Source: a virus (lineage: Duplodnaviria > Heunggongvirae > Uroviricota > Caudoviricetes). From it: 64,000 bases of DNA. Below are positions 1-9,445 of this stretch, piece after piece. Each line of letters starts with the position of its first letter. Position 1 is the first letter of the stretch. The DNA lies in the IMG/VR virus record IMGVR_UViG_3300037504_000227, positions 11,201 through 75,200 of that record; one strand, written 5' to 3'. The notes under the pieces are model-generated. The model was not told the origin of the DNA, did no database searches, and saw only the letters and a program-made list of their open reading frames with translations. The position numbers and the translations under genes were made by a program.

Positions 1-139
1 TTTGGTTTGCCCCAACGTATAGCAGTCGTGATAATTTGCGCAAGTTTGAGAGGGCTTGCGCAACGCTGGGATGGAAAAAGATTGTGACAGGTTGGTGGCC
101 CGGTGATAATCTGCCACCTTATCTAAAGGAGGTCCAGCG

Positions 140-463
140 ATGAAAGCCAACTTGACAGAAGAGAAGTTTGAACTGACTTTCGAGTGCCCAAACTGCTTTG
201 ACGAAATTGCAGTTGACTTTGCCGATGAAGACGCCGACGCATGGGTCGAACACGGGTGCGGATTCTCTTGCGACGTTATCAGTATCGCTGAAGCCTATGC
301 TTTGGCGCTGACAGGATGCTATGGGACGCCTGAACACTATGAACAGCTATCCTGGTTTGCTCGTAACGCACGCAACTTTGCCCAGTTTGCTGACGAGCTT
401 GATGGTGCATGGCAACGTGTTTTGTATGAGCTGTTCTGCGATGAATTGCTAGAGGAGGGTTGA
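140..463 (+). CDS. hypothetical protein (acidic, Cys-rich)
   Basis: ORF with AAGGAGG RBS 8 nt upstream of ATG; no recognisable motif. Confidence 0.45.
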   Translation: MKANLTEEKFELTFECPNCFDEIAVDFADEDADAWVEHGCGFSCDVISIAEAYALALTGCYGTPEHYEQLSWFARNARNFAQFADELDGAWQRVLYELFCDELLEEG

Positions 464-699
464 GGATGGATCAACTGCTAGAAGAAATCTTTGAGGCCGG
501 ATATCAGGGGCGCGATATCCTCACAGATATCGACCTGATGGTCCGCTCTATCAAGGCGGGTCTGAGCGTCGATGAAATACGAGCTGAACACAAAAAAGGA
601 CAATGCCAGCATAGACTGGACGAACACCGTCGAAAAACAAAGCCGCAAGGGATGAGCAGCAAGGAATGGGTTGACCGATGGATTGAAGGAGAAAGATAA
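460..699 (+). CDS. hypothetical protein
   Basis: ORF overlapping upstream stop (ATGA-type coupling); basic C-terminus. Confidence 0.4.
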   Translation: MRMDQLLEEIFEAGYQGRDILTDIDLMVRSIKAGLSVDEIRAEHKKGQCQHRLDEHRRKTKPQGMSSKEWVDRWIEGER

Positions 700-700
700 A

Positions 701-1141
701 ATGGATAACTGCCTGAGTTGCAACAATACAGGTGTAGCAAACGGGTATCTCTGCGGGCGCTGCCCCCGTGGTCGAGAGCTGCGGGAAAAGCTGCTGACCG
801 AAGCCGTCTCGGAGAAGAACCTAAAAGAGTTGCGCCGCAAGCACAAGCTTGGACCAGAGTTCTGCACCGTCGAGGCCCTAGCGAACGATCAGGGAGCATT
901 GCTTGTGTCCCTGCTCGGGAGCGGGCCGGCTTACGTGACCGACTACACCCGCAACTTCGCCGAGGACGCCGAGAAGGTGTTGGAAGGCGCCGACTTGGAC
1001 GACTTCGATGGGGTGATGTTCCTGGACCTGATAGACAAGGAGGGTTTTAACCGAGTAGCCTTCTACAATCAGGAACGAGGTGCATTCTGGGATCGAGAGC
1101 TGGCGCACGGGCAAATGCCGAAATGGTATAAGGAGGCATAA
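701..1141 (+). CDS. hypothetical protein with N-terminal CxxC..CxxC zinc-ribbon
   Basis: ATG at 701 directly after upstream TAA; GGAGAAAG RBS; CLSCNN...CGRC motif. Confidence 0.45.
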   Translation: MDNCLSCNNTGVANGYLCGRCPRGRELREKLLTEAVSEKNLKELRRKHKLGPEFCTVEALANDQGALLVSLLGSGPAYVTDYTRNFAEDAEKVLEGADLDDFDGVMFLDLIDKEGFNRVAFYNQERGAFWDRELAHGQMPKWYKEA

Positions 1142-1419
1142 TGGACGCTGACCAGTACATTAAAAACGCAGCTGCCGCCGTGCGCTCTAATCGGCAAGAG
1201 TGGTTCCCGATGAACAAACAGTTAAGGCGCGAACGCAACTTGCGCCTAGCCAGCGAAGTGGGCTATGGGCTGTCCGCCTATGACAACTGGGAGGACGCTG
1301 CAAAGTCAACTTACTCCCGGATCATAGTTGCTAATTCGTTTGATTCGACTGGCGTAGTGCTGGATAACACAGAATGGTTGGACGCCATTCGTAAAGGCGT
1401 CGAAAGGGGAAACAAATGA
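1141..1419 (+). CDS. hypothetical protein
   Basis: ORF, ATG overlaps upstream stop (TAATG). Confidence 0.4.
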   Translation: MDADQYIKNAAAAVRSNRQEWFPMNKQLRRERNLRLASEVGYGLSAYDNWEDAAKSTYSRIIVANSFDSTGVVLDNTEWLDAIRKGVERGNK

Positions 1420-1580
1420 ATATGAAAAACTATCTGGTGATCACGTTTCATGAGAATGGGGACACGACTGAAGAGGTCGTGTATCGTATGGATCGTCTCT
1501 ACGAAATCCTTGACGAAGCGAAGCGAAATGGCACAAAGATCTCGGTATACGAGATTGAGTGCGTGCTTGACTGGGCATAA
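1416..1580 (+). CDS. hypothetical small protein (54 aa)
   Basis: ATGA overlap with upstream gene; not in supplied ORF track (<60 aa). Confidence 0.3.
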   Translation: MNMKNYLVITFHENGDTTEEVVYRMDRLYEILDEAKRNGTKISVYEIECVLDWA

Positions 1581-1595
1581 GGAAGGGGGATCGAA

Positions 1596-1820
1596 ATGAA
1601 AAACTTACCGCCGAAGGTTAAGGTATATGGACCCAATGAGGTTTGGGCAATGAGCACGGCTGAGTATCTGGGGCTTATTGAAGAAGCCCACGATCAAGGG
1701 CTCAAAGCTTGGCAACACGACGACAGTAGCCTTGGCTTTGCGTCTTATGAGGCAATGGAAGAGTATGTCGCCTGCACCGGTGACGATGGCTGGGTCGAGA
1801 TTTGCGCGGAAGCGGAATGA
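1596..1820 (+). CDS. hypothetical protein
   Basis: GGAAGGGGG RBS then ATG. Confidence 0.4.
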   Translation: MKNLPPKVKVYGPNEVWAMSTAEYLGLIEEAHDQGLKAWQHDDSSLGFASYEAMEEYVACTGDDGWVEICAEAE

Positions 1821-2005
1821 TGAAAGTAATTCACTTGGATATGGCCGTCACTCACAAAACAGACAAGGTAAGAGAGCGTGACCTTGAGATAATCGAGCGG
1901 GTGGTGCGTCGCGTCCTGTTCTCAGTCGGATATGAGGCAACAGGACACCTTGAAATCGTAACCGTTGACCTGGACAATGATGGGGAAATCACCCTTGACA
2001 AATAG
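1817..2005 (+). CDS. hypothetical protein
   Basis: ATGA overlap with upstream gene. Confidence 0.4.
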   Translation: MMKVIHLDMAVTHKTDKVRERDLEIIERVVRRVLFSVGYEATGHLEIVTVDLDNDGEITLDK

Positions 2006-2181
2006 GGCTATATGTGATACAATGTATCACGGGGAGTTAAATAACACAGGAGGTGTAGGAATGAAGAAACGAGAGGCTTTCAAGCTAGCGAAGAAGTTTA
2101 TCAAGGACCACCCCGAGATCGAGAGCGTTTCGAGAGTCTAATCAGGGGCACCCGCCCCACCCCACAAGGAAGGAGTAGCCT

Positions 2182-3309
2182 GTGAACATTGACCGCACCA
2201 TTAAACTCATCGAAGAAAAATCACTAGGCCCACGAATCCCTCTTGAGGTAGAGGATGTGCTTGAGTCTCCCCAGTTCTGGAGACTTAAAGTTAACCCCCT
2301 GCCGCCAAAGCTAGCAAACGGCAACGATGGTAAGATCCTTAGCATGAACACCATCGCTAGCCGCGCCACAAAAGATCTCCCTGTTCTCACAGGGGTGCCC
2401 ATTAGTGGGTGCAACTATGGCCCTGATGGGATGTTCCTGGTCATTCGCAAGGAAGCCCCTGACATCGTTCCATACACCAAGGGAGTGAAAGGCGTGCTTC
2501 CAATTCGTCTAGGCGTCGATCCTGATGGGAAGCCGGTGGAAATCGACTTGGCGCAAGCTCCCCACCTGCTTGTAGCTGGCGAAACAGGGTCAGGGAAGTC
2601 GGTCTTCGTTAACAGTCTCATCTTGTCCCTACTGGAAAACAATACGCCTCAAGAACTTCGGATGCTGATGGTGGACCCCAAGCGGGTCGAACTGTCAGCA
2701 TACCAGCGGATTGGACACCTGCTAGCTCCTATCATCACCGAAACAGATAAAGCCATTGCCACACTGGAATGGCTAGTCACAGAGATGAATAAGCGGTATA
2801 CAGAAATGGCCGAGGCAGGGGCGCGTAATATCGCCCAAACGGATATGCCAAGAATCGTGGTAGTGGTTGACGAGCTGGCAGATCTGATTATGTCGGATGA
2901 CGACGTAGAAGATTTGCTAGTCAAGCTGGCTCAAAAGGGCAGGGCAGCAGGGATTCACCTTGTCCTAGCAACCCAGTACCCAACGCACGAAGTGGTAACC
3001 GGCCTGCTTAAGGCTAACATGCCCGTCCGTGTTTCCTTCAGGCTCGCCCAGGGATACAATAGCAGGGTTGTGCTGGACCAATCTGGTGCGGAAGACTTAT
3101 ATGGCAAGGGCGATGGATTGCTTTTGCTTAATGGCGAGCTGGTGCGGTTTCAGGGTGCATACGCCACTGATAAGCAGATAGGCTTAATCGCTTGTCAGGC
3201 ACGCAAGCAGTATTCTCAGTGGCAGCCTGAAGTGAAGTCAGACAAGATGGATACAGCCCAGCAAATCGCAGAGATGTTGAGCTGGGTTGACATATATAAG
3301 GAGGGGTGA
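2182..3309 (+). CDS. FtsK/SpoIIIE-family DNA translocase-like ATPase
   Basis: Walker A (VAGETGSGKSVFVNSLILSLL) and Walker B (IVVVVDELADL) as in FtsK/SpoIIIE/TraB motor domains; GTG start with AAGGAGG RBS. Confidence 0.75.
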   Translation: MNIDRTIKLIEEKSLGPRIPLEVEDVLESPQFWRLKVNPLPPKLANGNDGKILSMNTIASRATKDLPVLTGVPISGCNYGPDGMFLVIRKEAPDIVPYTKGVKGVLPIRLGVDPDGKPVEIDLAQAPHLLVAGETGSGKSVFVNSLILSLLENNTPQELRMLMVDPKRVELSAYQRIGHLLAPIITETDKAIATLEWLVTEMNKRYTEMAEAGARNIAQTDMPRIVVVVDELADLIMSDDDVEDLLVKLAQKGRAAGIHLVLATQYPTHEVVTGLLKANMPVRVSFRLAQGYNSRVVLDQSGAEDLYGKGDGLLLLNGELVRFQGAYATDKQIGLIACQARKQYSQWQPEVKSDKMDTAQQIAEMLSWVDIYKEG

Positions 3310-3699
3310 AATGGATAAGAGAGATCCTGATATTGAAATCCTAAAACCGACAAGCATCTGGATCGAAGAAAAAGGAGCGCCAGAGAACGCATACGAAACC
3401 GAGATCAATGGCGTGAAAGTGTGGATCGCCCCAAAGGAAGACGACGATGAATAAGGGATTCGACCGCAACCATGGGGAGATCAACAGACGACAGTGGCGT
3501 CACAACTGCCATCGCGGCGCATACGAGAGAGAGCTTGCGCCAGGGACTAGGCCGAGTGCAGACGCACACGCCACGCTCCCACATCCCAACAAGCACAAGC
3601 GCAAGCAGGGATGGAGGATCGAGGTCATCTTTCTTGGGCTGCTTATGTCTCTCGCGCCGATTGCATACGTGCTGATTATGTTCGCAAAGTGAGGCGACT

Positions 3700-4638
3700 A
3701 TGAAAATTAAAGTCAAGGACGCCGTTCAACAGTGGCTTGGACACCTTCGATCTACCCAAGCCGAAAACACCTACATCACTTACGAAATCGCCATCCGGCT
3801 GTTCAACGAGATGTTTGGCGAGATGCAGGTTAATGAGTTGGGGTTCACCCAGCTTACAGACTACATGGCACAACTCCGCGACTACGCACCGTCCACGGAA
3901 AGCATCAAAACGTCAGCGGTCATGAACTTCTACGAATGGTGTGTTGCTAGTGGTGCCAGCATCGATATCGAGCGGGCCAGAGCCATCCGGAAGAGAATGT
4001 CTCGGAAGGTTCCCGAACAGATCCCCGACTTCAACATGGAGGACGTTGAAGCCGTAATCGACTATGTTCTATCAAGACCGGATTCAATCGAGATGACTAC
4101 ACGGCAGAGGATGGTCCTAGCACGGGACAAAGCGATCTTCGCCATTCTGGCCCATGCCGGGCTCAGGGTTAGCGAGATTGCCGCCCTTAAGGTGTACGAT
4201 TACGAGGATGGACACCTGATCCTTAGAACACAAAAGAATCTCAGGCGCAACGAGAGAGTTCCGCTCTCAGGAACAGCACAGGAGAATCTGAACAAGTATC
4301 TTGTATTGCGCGACCTTTGGACTGGTGAAACGGGGCAACACTTACCCCTAATCTCTGGACACGCCAGACGCCAGAGCAGGGAAATCTCCAGTATGTCCTC
4401 ACAAAGCCTTTACGATCTGGTCAAGCGCTGGACTATCGAGGCGATTGGAGAAGAGCGGGCAGAGGGCATTAGCCCACATACATTCCGCCATCGGTTCGTG
4501 ACCAGGGTCTTACAAAAGACTGGCGATCTGGTCATCACACAGAAAGCAGCACGTCACAGAAGCCCGAAGGTCACACTGCGATATGTCCATCTTGCTGACG
4601 ATGAGGTCAGCCAAGCGATCTTGGAGGCAGTAGAGTGA
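3700..4638 (+). CDS. int: tyrosine recombinase / phage integrase (XerC/D-like)
   Basis: C-terminal catalytic signature HTFRHRF...RHRSPKVTLRYVHL (R-H-R-Y tetrad). Confidence 0.8.
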   Translation: MKIKVKDAVQQWLGHLRSTQAENTYITYEIAIRLFNEMFGEMQVNELGFTQLTDYMAQLRDYAPSTESIKTSAVMNFYEWCVASGASIDIERARAIRKRMSRKVPEQIPDFNMEDVEAVIDYVLSRPDSIEMTTRQRMVLARDKAIFAILAHAGLRVSEIAALKVYDYEDGHLILRTQKNLRRNERVPLSGTAQENLNKYLVLRDLWTGETGQHLPLISGHARRQSREISSMSSQSLYDLVKRWTIEAIGEERAEGISPHTFRHRFVTRVLQKTGDLVITQKAARHRSPKVTLRYVHLADDEVSQAILEAVE

Positions 4639-4937
4639 ACCACAAAGAATTTCTCCGCAGGAATTGGCGCGATGGCCGACTGGGCTGGTTCCCCGAAGAG
4701 CAACGTCACATCTTCGAACACCCCATGTCCCCGGTGGCATTGCGATTCGTGAAAACTGTAAGGCTGTTTGGAGGACGTGTCGAAGGCCCCCCCTATGTCT
4801 ATGAGGAACAAGTAGAGATGGTGGGGGGAGGAACGCAAAATCGGTGTATTGTCAAGGCGTTCATCCCGAACTTCGATGGGGTGACGAAGGAAGAGCAGGA
4901 TCAACCCTGGAAAGATCAGGGAAGGAGGAACGTATGA
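4635..4937 (+). CDS. hypothetical protein
   Basis: ORF overlapping int stop. Confidence 0.4.
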   Translation: MNHKEFLRRNWRDGRLGWFPEEQRHIFEHPMSPVALRFVKTVRLFGGRVEGPPYVYEEQVEMVGGGTQNRCIVKAFIPNFDGVTKEEQDQPWKDQGRRNV

Positions 4938-5140
4938 ATAAAACACAACCACAAGTAGGCGATGCTATCCGAGTGAGCTGGCCTGGGGAAAGAGAACTAG
5001 TTGAGTTTCCCATAGGAGTAATCCGCCCAGACAAAGATGGCGTAATGTGTGCAGTGTTCGGCAGGGACGGGACAATCGGCGCTGAAGCTGTCGAGGATTT
5101 GGTGTGGGACGAAGAGCGCAAAGCCTGGATCAAGCAATGA
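4934..5140 (+). CDS. hypothetical protein
   Basis: GAAGGAGG RBS, ATG at 4934. Confidence 0.35.
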   Translation: MNKTQPQVGDAIRVSWPGERELVEFPIGVIRPDKDGVMCAVFGRDGTIGAEAVEDLVWDEERKAWIKQ

Positions 5141-5565
5141 TCGTCAACTGCCCCACCAGAATTAAGAAGCTACTTCCCGATGGCTTCTCCTTCTCAGCCA
5201 ACGGCGACGCCCGGGCCGAGGTTAAAGTTAAGGCCGGGCGCATCGTGATCAATGGAGAAGAATATCGCACCCTGACGCGGAGAATGTTGATCAACCTTCT
5301 GCGACAGCTAGACCACACTGTCCTTGAGTGTGGGAGGTATAAGTATAATTGTGACACCAGAGAAGTATTTCTGGACAACGAAAGACTGGGAACACTTCGG
5401 CGAGGATGTGGGCGCATCATGCGCCAGATGATGGAGAATGATGGGCGCATTGAAAAGGACACACTAGTTCGCCAAATTGGGCGAAACAATATGTACGTTC
5501 ACATTTCGCACCTGCGCAAAGTGGTCCCTGTGGAATCCCGCGGGGCGTTCTACAAGTTGGGATAG
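5137..5565 (+). CDS. hypothetical protein
   Basis: ATGA overlap with upstream gene. Confidence 0.4.
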   Translation: MIVNCPTRIKKLLPDGFSFSANGDARAEVKVKAGRIVINGEEYRTLTRRMLINLLRQLDHTVLECGRYKYNCDTREVFLDNERLGTLRRGCGRIMRQMMENDGRIEKDTLVRQIGRNNMYVHISHLRKVVPVESRGAFYKLG

Positions 5566-5600
5566 CTTTAAGGTGGATTCTGGCAGAATTGTGGTATAAT
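5566..5600 (+). promoter_or_regulatory. phage promoter, conserved motif CTTTAAGGT-N16-GTGGTATAAT (extended -10)
   Basis: one of at least 6 near-identical 35-nt sites in this window. Confidence 0.55.
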
Positions 5601-5634
5601 TGAGACAAGAAAATCTAGTCAACAGGAGGCAGCA

Positions 5635-5967
5635 ATGGATCAAGCAATCGAGCAACTGATTCAATTCGTTGAACAAGCGTCCCCTATGGTGTGGGATTCG
5701 CTTGTTCGTCAAGTCTATGTATCCGCATTCCTGAATCTCTTCTGGGGCATCGTGGCAGTCATTCTGACCATTGTGGGATTCGTCTACGGGCAGAAATTCT
5801 ACAAGCGGTACGAGGAAGAGGGTAGTTGGTCACCCTATGATATATGTGCTATAGGATGCTATGTGGGCGCTGGGTTCTCTGTCTTCGTTGCAGCAATTTG
5901 TCTGTCTGAGGCTTTCGTCAGGTTCGCCAACCCGATGTACTACGCTATTCAGCTCATTGTTGGCTAA
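5635..5967 (+). CDS. small membrane protein (2-3 TM helices)
   Basis: hydrophobic stretches; AGGAGG RBS. Confidence 0.45.
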   Translation: MDQAIEQLIQFVEQASPMVWDSLVRQVYVSAFLNLFWGIVAVILTIVGFVYGQKFYKRYEEEGSWSPYDICAIGCYVGAGFSVFVAAICLSEAFVRFANPMYYAIQLIVG

Positions 5968-5969
5968 CC

Positions 5970-6383
5970 ATGCAAATCGAAAGCGCAGAAAACCAAAACT
6001 GTTTGGCGCACGGGCTAAGCATCATGCGTGCTGCACTAGGATACACCGAGCCTGCTCCAGACTATCACAACATGGAGAAATCACCACGTGGCGCGCTGGA
6101 AAATGTGGGTAAATGGTTCCCTGACCATGAAGTAATCGTAATGTGCGGCGAAGACCAAGCAGACGAGGCAAACACTCAAGACAATGTTAAGTATGCTGGC
6201 ACCTGGTTTGACTACACAAAAGACTGGAACAACTATATCATAGGATTCAGCTACTACATTGGAGAGAAGAACTCTCCTTCCCACTTCGTTATAGGATACC
6301 CAATATTCTATGGCGACATGAAAGCGTCTGTGTGCGTGTGTGTTAAGTTTAAGGAGGTGCAGGATGTACGAGTTGATCATTGA
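5970..6383 (+). CDS. hypothetical protein
   Basis: ORF only. Confidence 0.4.
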   Translation: MQIESAENQNCLAHGLSIMRAALGYTEPAPDYHNMEKSPRGALENVGKWFPDHEVIVMCGEDQADEANTQDNVKYAGTWFDYTKDWNNYIIGFSYYIGEKNSPSHFVIGYPIFYGDMKASVCVCVKFKEVQDVRVDH

Positions 6384-6807
6384 AGATCGAGGCAAGGAAG
6401 AATCACTTGGAGAATACCAAATACACCCAGAGCCAGAGCGTGGCGACGAAGTGGTAATCGACGGGAAAAGCTACACGCTTGCCCGTCGAAGATGCACCGC
6501 TGATGAAGTCGCTTGGATTTGTCATCCCTTGCGAGAGGGCGTTGTGAAGGCAGGTGTTGACGCTGCTCGCAGGATTGTTGAGAAAAACGTAGATAGCGTA
6601 GAGTTCTTCCAAGAGCGCCCATATACCATCACCAAAGTCACAGCCTATATCAACGGCGCAGAATACTCTGCTATCGGAATTTCGAAAGTTCAGTATCCTG
6701 ACCGCTGGAACCGAGAGCTTGGCATCAAGATCGCAACAGGCAGAGCGGTTAAGAAGATCGCTCGCGCCATTGCCAGCGGAGAGCAACTGAACGAGTCGCT
6801 ATCTTAG
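6364..6807 (+). CDS. hypothetical protein
   Basis: AAGGAGG RBS then ATG at 6364. Confidence 0.4.
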   Translation: MYELIIEDRGKEESLGEYQIHPEPERGDEVVIDGKSYTLARRRCTADEVAWICHPLREGVVKAGVDAARRIVEKNVDSVEFFQERPYTITKVTAYINGAEYSAIGISKVQYPDRWNRELGIKIATGRAVKKIARAIASGEQLNESLS

Positions 6808-6828
6808 ACACCTTTAAGCTATACCTCC

Positions 6829-6857
6829 TTGACTTTCTCCCCTCTTCATGGTAAGAT
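6829..6857 (+). promoter_or_regulatory. sigma70-like promoter (TTGACT-17-TAAGAT)
   Basis: predicted TSS ~6865, exactly at the 5' end of the first tRNA-like element. Confidence 0.5.
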
Positions 6858-6866
6858 GTGTCTGAA

Positions 6867-6988
6867 GTGGTCGTGGTGTAATGGGAGCACGCGAAAAGCC
6901 CGTCTTTCACCAATTGCCTGCAAGGGCCGACGAGGGACGGTTATCCTATTCGGAAGGCGAGGATCGGGTTCGAATCCCGACGACCACT
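6867..6988 (+). ncRNA. tRNA-like ncRNA, candidate Y RNA (YrlA-like) copy 1
   Basis: 7-bp acceptor pairing GTGGTCG/CGACCAC, D-arm GTGT-AATGGGA-GCAC, T-arm TCGGG-TTCGAAT-CCCGA; ~70-nt insertion where a 17-nt anticodon arm would be; 300 nt upstream of a Ro60/TROVE gene. Confidence 0.5.
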
Positions 6989-7058
6989 TTTTGGGCCGAA
7001 GAGCCATCGTTATCCTATATAGATGAAGCTGATGGCTCGCTCACTTGCCCATAACAGC

Positions 7059-7178
7059 GTGGCTGTAGCTTAATTGGAAAAGCACTTACCCTCTTCTTCA
7101 GCAACTTACCTTTTGGGTCGATTGAGGAAGATTACCGCTCATAACGGAGTGTTCTGGGTTCGAGTCCCAGCAGCCACG
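7059..7178 (+). ncRNA. tRNA-like ncRNA, candidate Y RNA (YrlA-like) copy 2
   Basis: acceptor GTGGCTG/CAGCCAC, D-arm GCTT-AATTGGA-AAGC, T-arm CTGGG-TTCGAGT-CCCAG; ~70-nt insertion in anticodon position. Confidence 0.5.
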
Positions 7179-7286
7179 GTTCGTGTACGGGTCGCCGCTT
7201 GACGCTTATCTTTCGCCAGTAGCATTGGTGTTTGAAAGGCACCAGAAGCACCCGCGTCGGCAATTTTATCTGTACAGGAGGATAAT

Positions 7287-8906
7287 ATGCAGGAATACCA
7301 CAAGCATTTCTCGACCAAGAAAACCCCGCAATCTCAGCCAATCCCAGGAACCAATCAGCAGCAGAACAGCGCTGGTGGATTTGCTTGGAAGGTTGACGAC
7401 TGGGCACGCCTTGACCGCTTCCTGATCTTGGGATCAGAGGGTGGCACTTACTACGTCAACGAGCGTGAGCTGACCATAAGAAACGCAAATGCTGTTATGC
7501 GTTGCATCAAGAACGACGGCAAGCGTGCAGTCGAACACATTGCAGAAATCAGCGAGCAGGGCAGAGCGCCCAAAAACGATCCTGCTCTGTTTGCCCTTGC
7601 AATGGCGGCCAGCGCAGATGATCAAGAAACCCGCGTGGCGGCACTTGATGCACTTCCTCGTGTGGCTCGCATTCCGACGCACCTGTTTCACTTCCTGGAA
7701 TACTGCAAGGCATTTCGGGGATGGGGACGCGGACTGCGTGAGGCTGTGGCAAGCTGGTACAACGACAGAGACCCAGGACGACTAGCCTATCACGTTGTAA
7801 AATACCAAAGCCGCGATGGATGGAGTAATCGTGATGCTCTTAGACTGTCTCACCCAACTCCTACAACGCCACAGCACGACAAGATTTATGGATGGGTGAC
7901 GCAAGGACACTCAGTTGACATCCCTCTGATCTCAGCATTCGAGGAAGCAAAAACTGCTGACGAGAAAAGAACAGTCGAGCTAATTCAAGAACACCGTCTT
8001 ACTAGAGAGATGATCAACACCAAACACCTAAACAGCGCTGCTGTGTGGGAGGCACTACTTGAGAATATGCCTCTGCATGCTATGGTGCGCAACTTGGGCA
8101 AGATGACAGATGTTGGACTAATCAAGCCAATGAGCAACGCCGTTACGACAGTGGCTAGCAAGCTATCAGACAAAGAGTATATCCACAAAAGCAGAATGCA
8201 CCCTCTCAAGTTGCTTGTCGCCTTGAAGGTGTATGAGAGTGGTGGTGGATACAGAGGAAGCCTGAGCTGGAATCCAGTGACACAGGTTGTCGATGCACTA
8301 GACAACGCTTTCTATCTGGCGTTTGATAATGCTAAGGTGACTGGCAAGAGAAGGATGCTGGCCTTGGACGTGTCAGGCTCTATGGCATCTGGCGAGATTG
8401 CCGGGATGCCAAACATCACGCCTAGAGTGGCAAGCGCCGCATTGGCAATGGTAACACTTCAAACAGAACCCAGCGTAACGACGACAATCTTCTCGTCCGG
8501 CGGCACGAACTTCAAACAAACAGGGCGCGGGGGGTGGCTGGGCGCGAACGGGATTTCAACCTTCTCCCTGTCGTCAAAGCGGCGACTTGATGATGTTATC
8601 CGAGCTGTATCAGGGCTTCCGTTTGGTGGCACTGATTGTGCCCTGCCAATGATCTATGCTCTTGAGAATGATCTAGAGATTGATTCGTTTGAGGTATACA
8701 CAGACTCCGAGACATGGGCAGGAGATATCCATCCCGTACAGGCACTTGATAAATACCGCAACAAAACTGGAATCCCTGCAAAGCTTGTTGTAATTGGGAT
8801 GACTAGCAATGGATTCTCAATCGCAGACCCAAACGACCCGGGAATGTTGGATGTAGTCGGATTTGACACCGCCACTCCGAATGTAATCTCTCAATTCCTC
8901 CTGTAG
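7287..8906 (+). CDS. rsr: Ro60-like TROVE-domain protein with C-terminal vWA/MIDAS domain (Rsr-like)
   Basis: TROVE-like N-terminal region, long helical repeat region, DxSxS MIDAS (LDVSGSM) plus GGTDCALP as in Ro60/Rsr; AGGAGG RBS. Confidence 0.75.
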   Translation: MQEYHKHFSTKKTPQSQPIPGTNQQQNSAGGFAWKVDDWARLDRFLILGSEGGTYYVNERELTIRNANAVMRCIKNDGKRAVEHIAEISEQGRAPKNDPALFALAMAASADDQETRVAALDALPRVARIPTHLFHFLEYCKAFRGWGRGLREAVASWYNDRDPGRLAYHVVKYQSRDGWSNRDALRLSHPTPTTPQHDKIYGWVTQGHSVDIPLISAFEEAKTADEKRTVELIQEHRLTREMINTKHLNSAAVWEALLENMPLHAMVRNLGKMTDVGLIKPMSNAVTTVASKLSDKEYIHKSRMHPLKLLVALKVYESGGGYRGSLSWNPVTQVVDALDNAFYLAFDNAKVTGKRRMLALDVSGSMASGEIAGMPNITPRVASAALAMVTLQTEPSVTTTIFSSGGTNFKQTGRGGWLGANGISTFSLSSKRRLDDVIRAVSGLPFGGTDCALPMIYALENDLEIDSFEVYTDSETWAGDIHPVQALDKYRNKTGIPAKLVVIGMTSNGFSIADPNDPGMLDVVGFDTATPNVISQFLL

Positions 8907-8926
8907 TATTCGCACCTCCTTTCGCA

Positions 8927-8970
8927 GAAGGGCAATCGCTCGCACAGGGTTGCCCTTCTTGCGTTATCTT
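8927..8970 (+). terminator. intrinsic terminator-like hairpin after rsr
   Basis: GAAGGGCAA/TTGCCCTTC 9-bp stem followed by TTGCGTTATCTTT. Confidence 0.4.
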
Positions 8971-9002
8971 TAAGGTGTAATCCAGCAATTTCGTGGTATA
9001 AT
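8968..9002 (+). promoter_or_regulatory. phage promoter CTTTAAGGT-N16-GTGGTATAAT
   Basis: motif family member. Confidence 0.55.
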
Positions 9003-9035
9003 GGAGGCAGGATTAACTTTAACCTAGGAGGAGTT

Positions 9036-9347
9036 ATGAGATCACATAAAACAGAGACACATAAGAAGATTGTCACGAAAACAACATCGACTACAATCAC
9101 ATGTGACATATGTGAAGCGTCAATAACCAAACATGGCAAGCACACAGGAATAAATGGCACAAACTGGGCAATGTACGACTTTGACTTCAGCACAACCATT
9201 CTGAAAATAGAGATCGGAAACGCCTATCCGGAAGAGACGTTTGGAGAAAGATACGAGATTGATATTTGTCCAGACTGCTTCGAGGAGAAGTTGATTCCTT
9301 GGCTTAGGTCACTTGGTGTAGAGCGTGAATGGGAGGAGTTTGGATAA
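9036..9347 (+). CDS. hypothetical protein
   Basis: AGGAGG RBS. Confidence 0.45.
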   Translation: MRSHKTETHKKIVTKTTSTTITCDICEASITKHGKHTGINGTNWAMYDFDFSTTILKIEIGNAYPEETFGERYEIDICPDCFEEKLIPWLRSLGVEREWEEFG

Positions 9348-9361
9348 GCAAGTTGGATTAA

Positions 9362-9396
9362 CTTTAAGGTCGGGGTTAGTCACTTTGTGGTATAAT
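9362..9396 (+). promoter_or_regulatory. phage promoter CTTTAAGGT-N16-GTGGTATAAT
   Basis: motif family member. Confidence 0.55.
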
Positions 9397-9445
9397 AGGG
9401 ACAGTGATGAGAGCAAAATCGTTTAGTAAGATTAAGGAGGACTAA

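Noticed and set aside
6867-7178. Two tRNA-like elements considered as genuine tRNA genes or an attP tRNA fragment
   Set aside because: Each is ~120 nt with a ~70-nt insertion where the 17-nt anticodon arm belongs, so no anticodon could be assigned. Both 5' and 3' halves are present (unlike attP). They have their own promoter and sit upstream of Ro60, so the Y-RNA-like interpretation is preferred.
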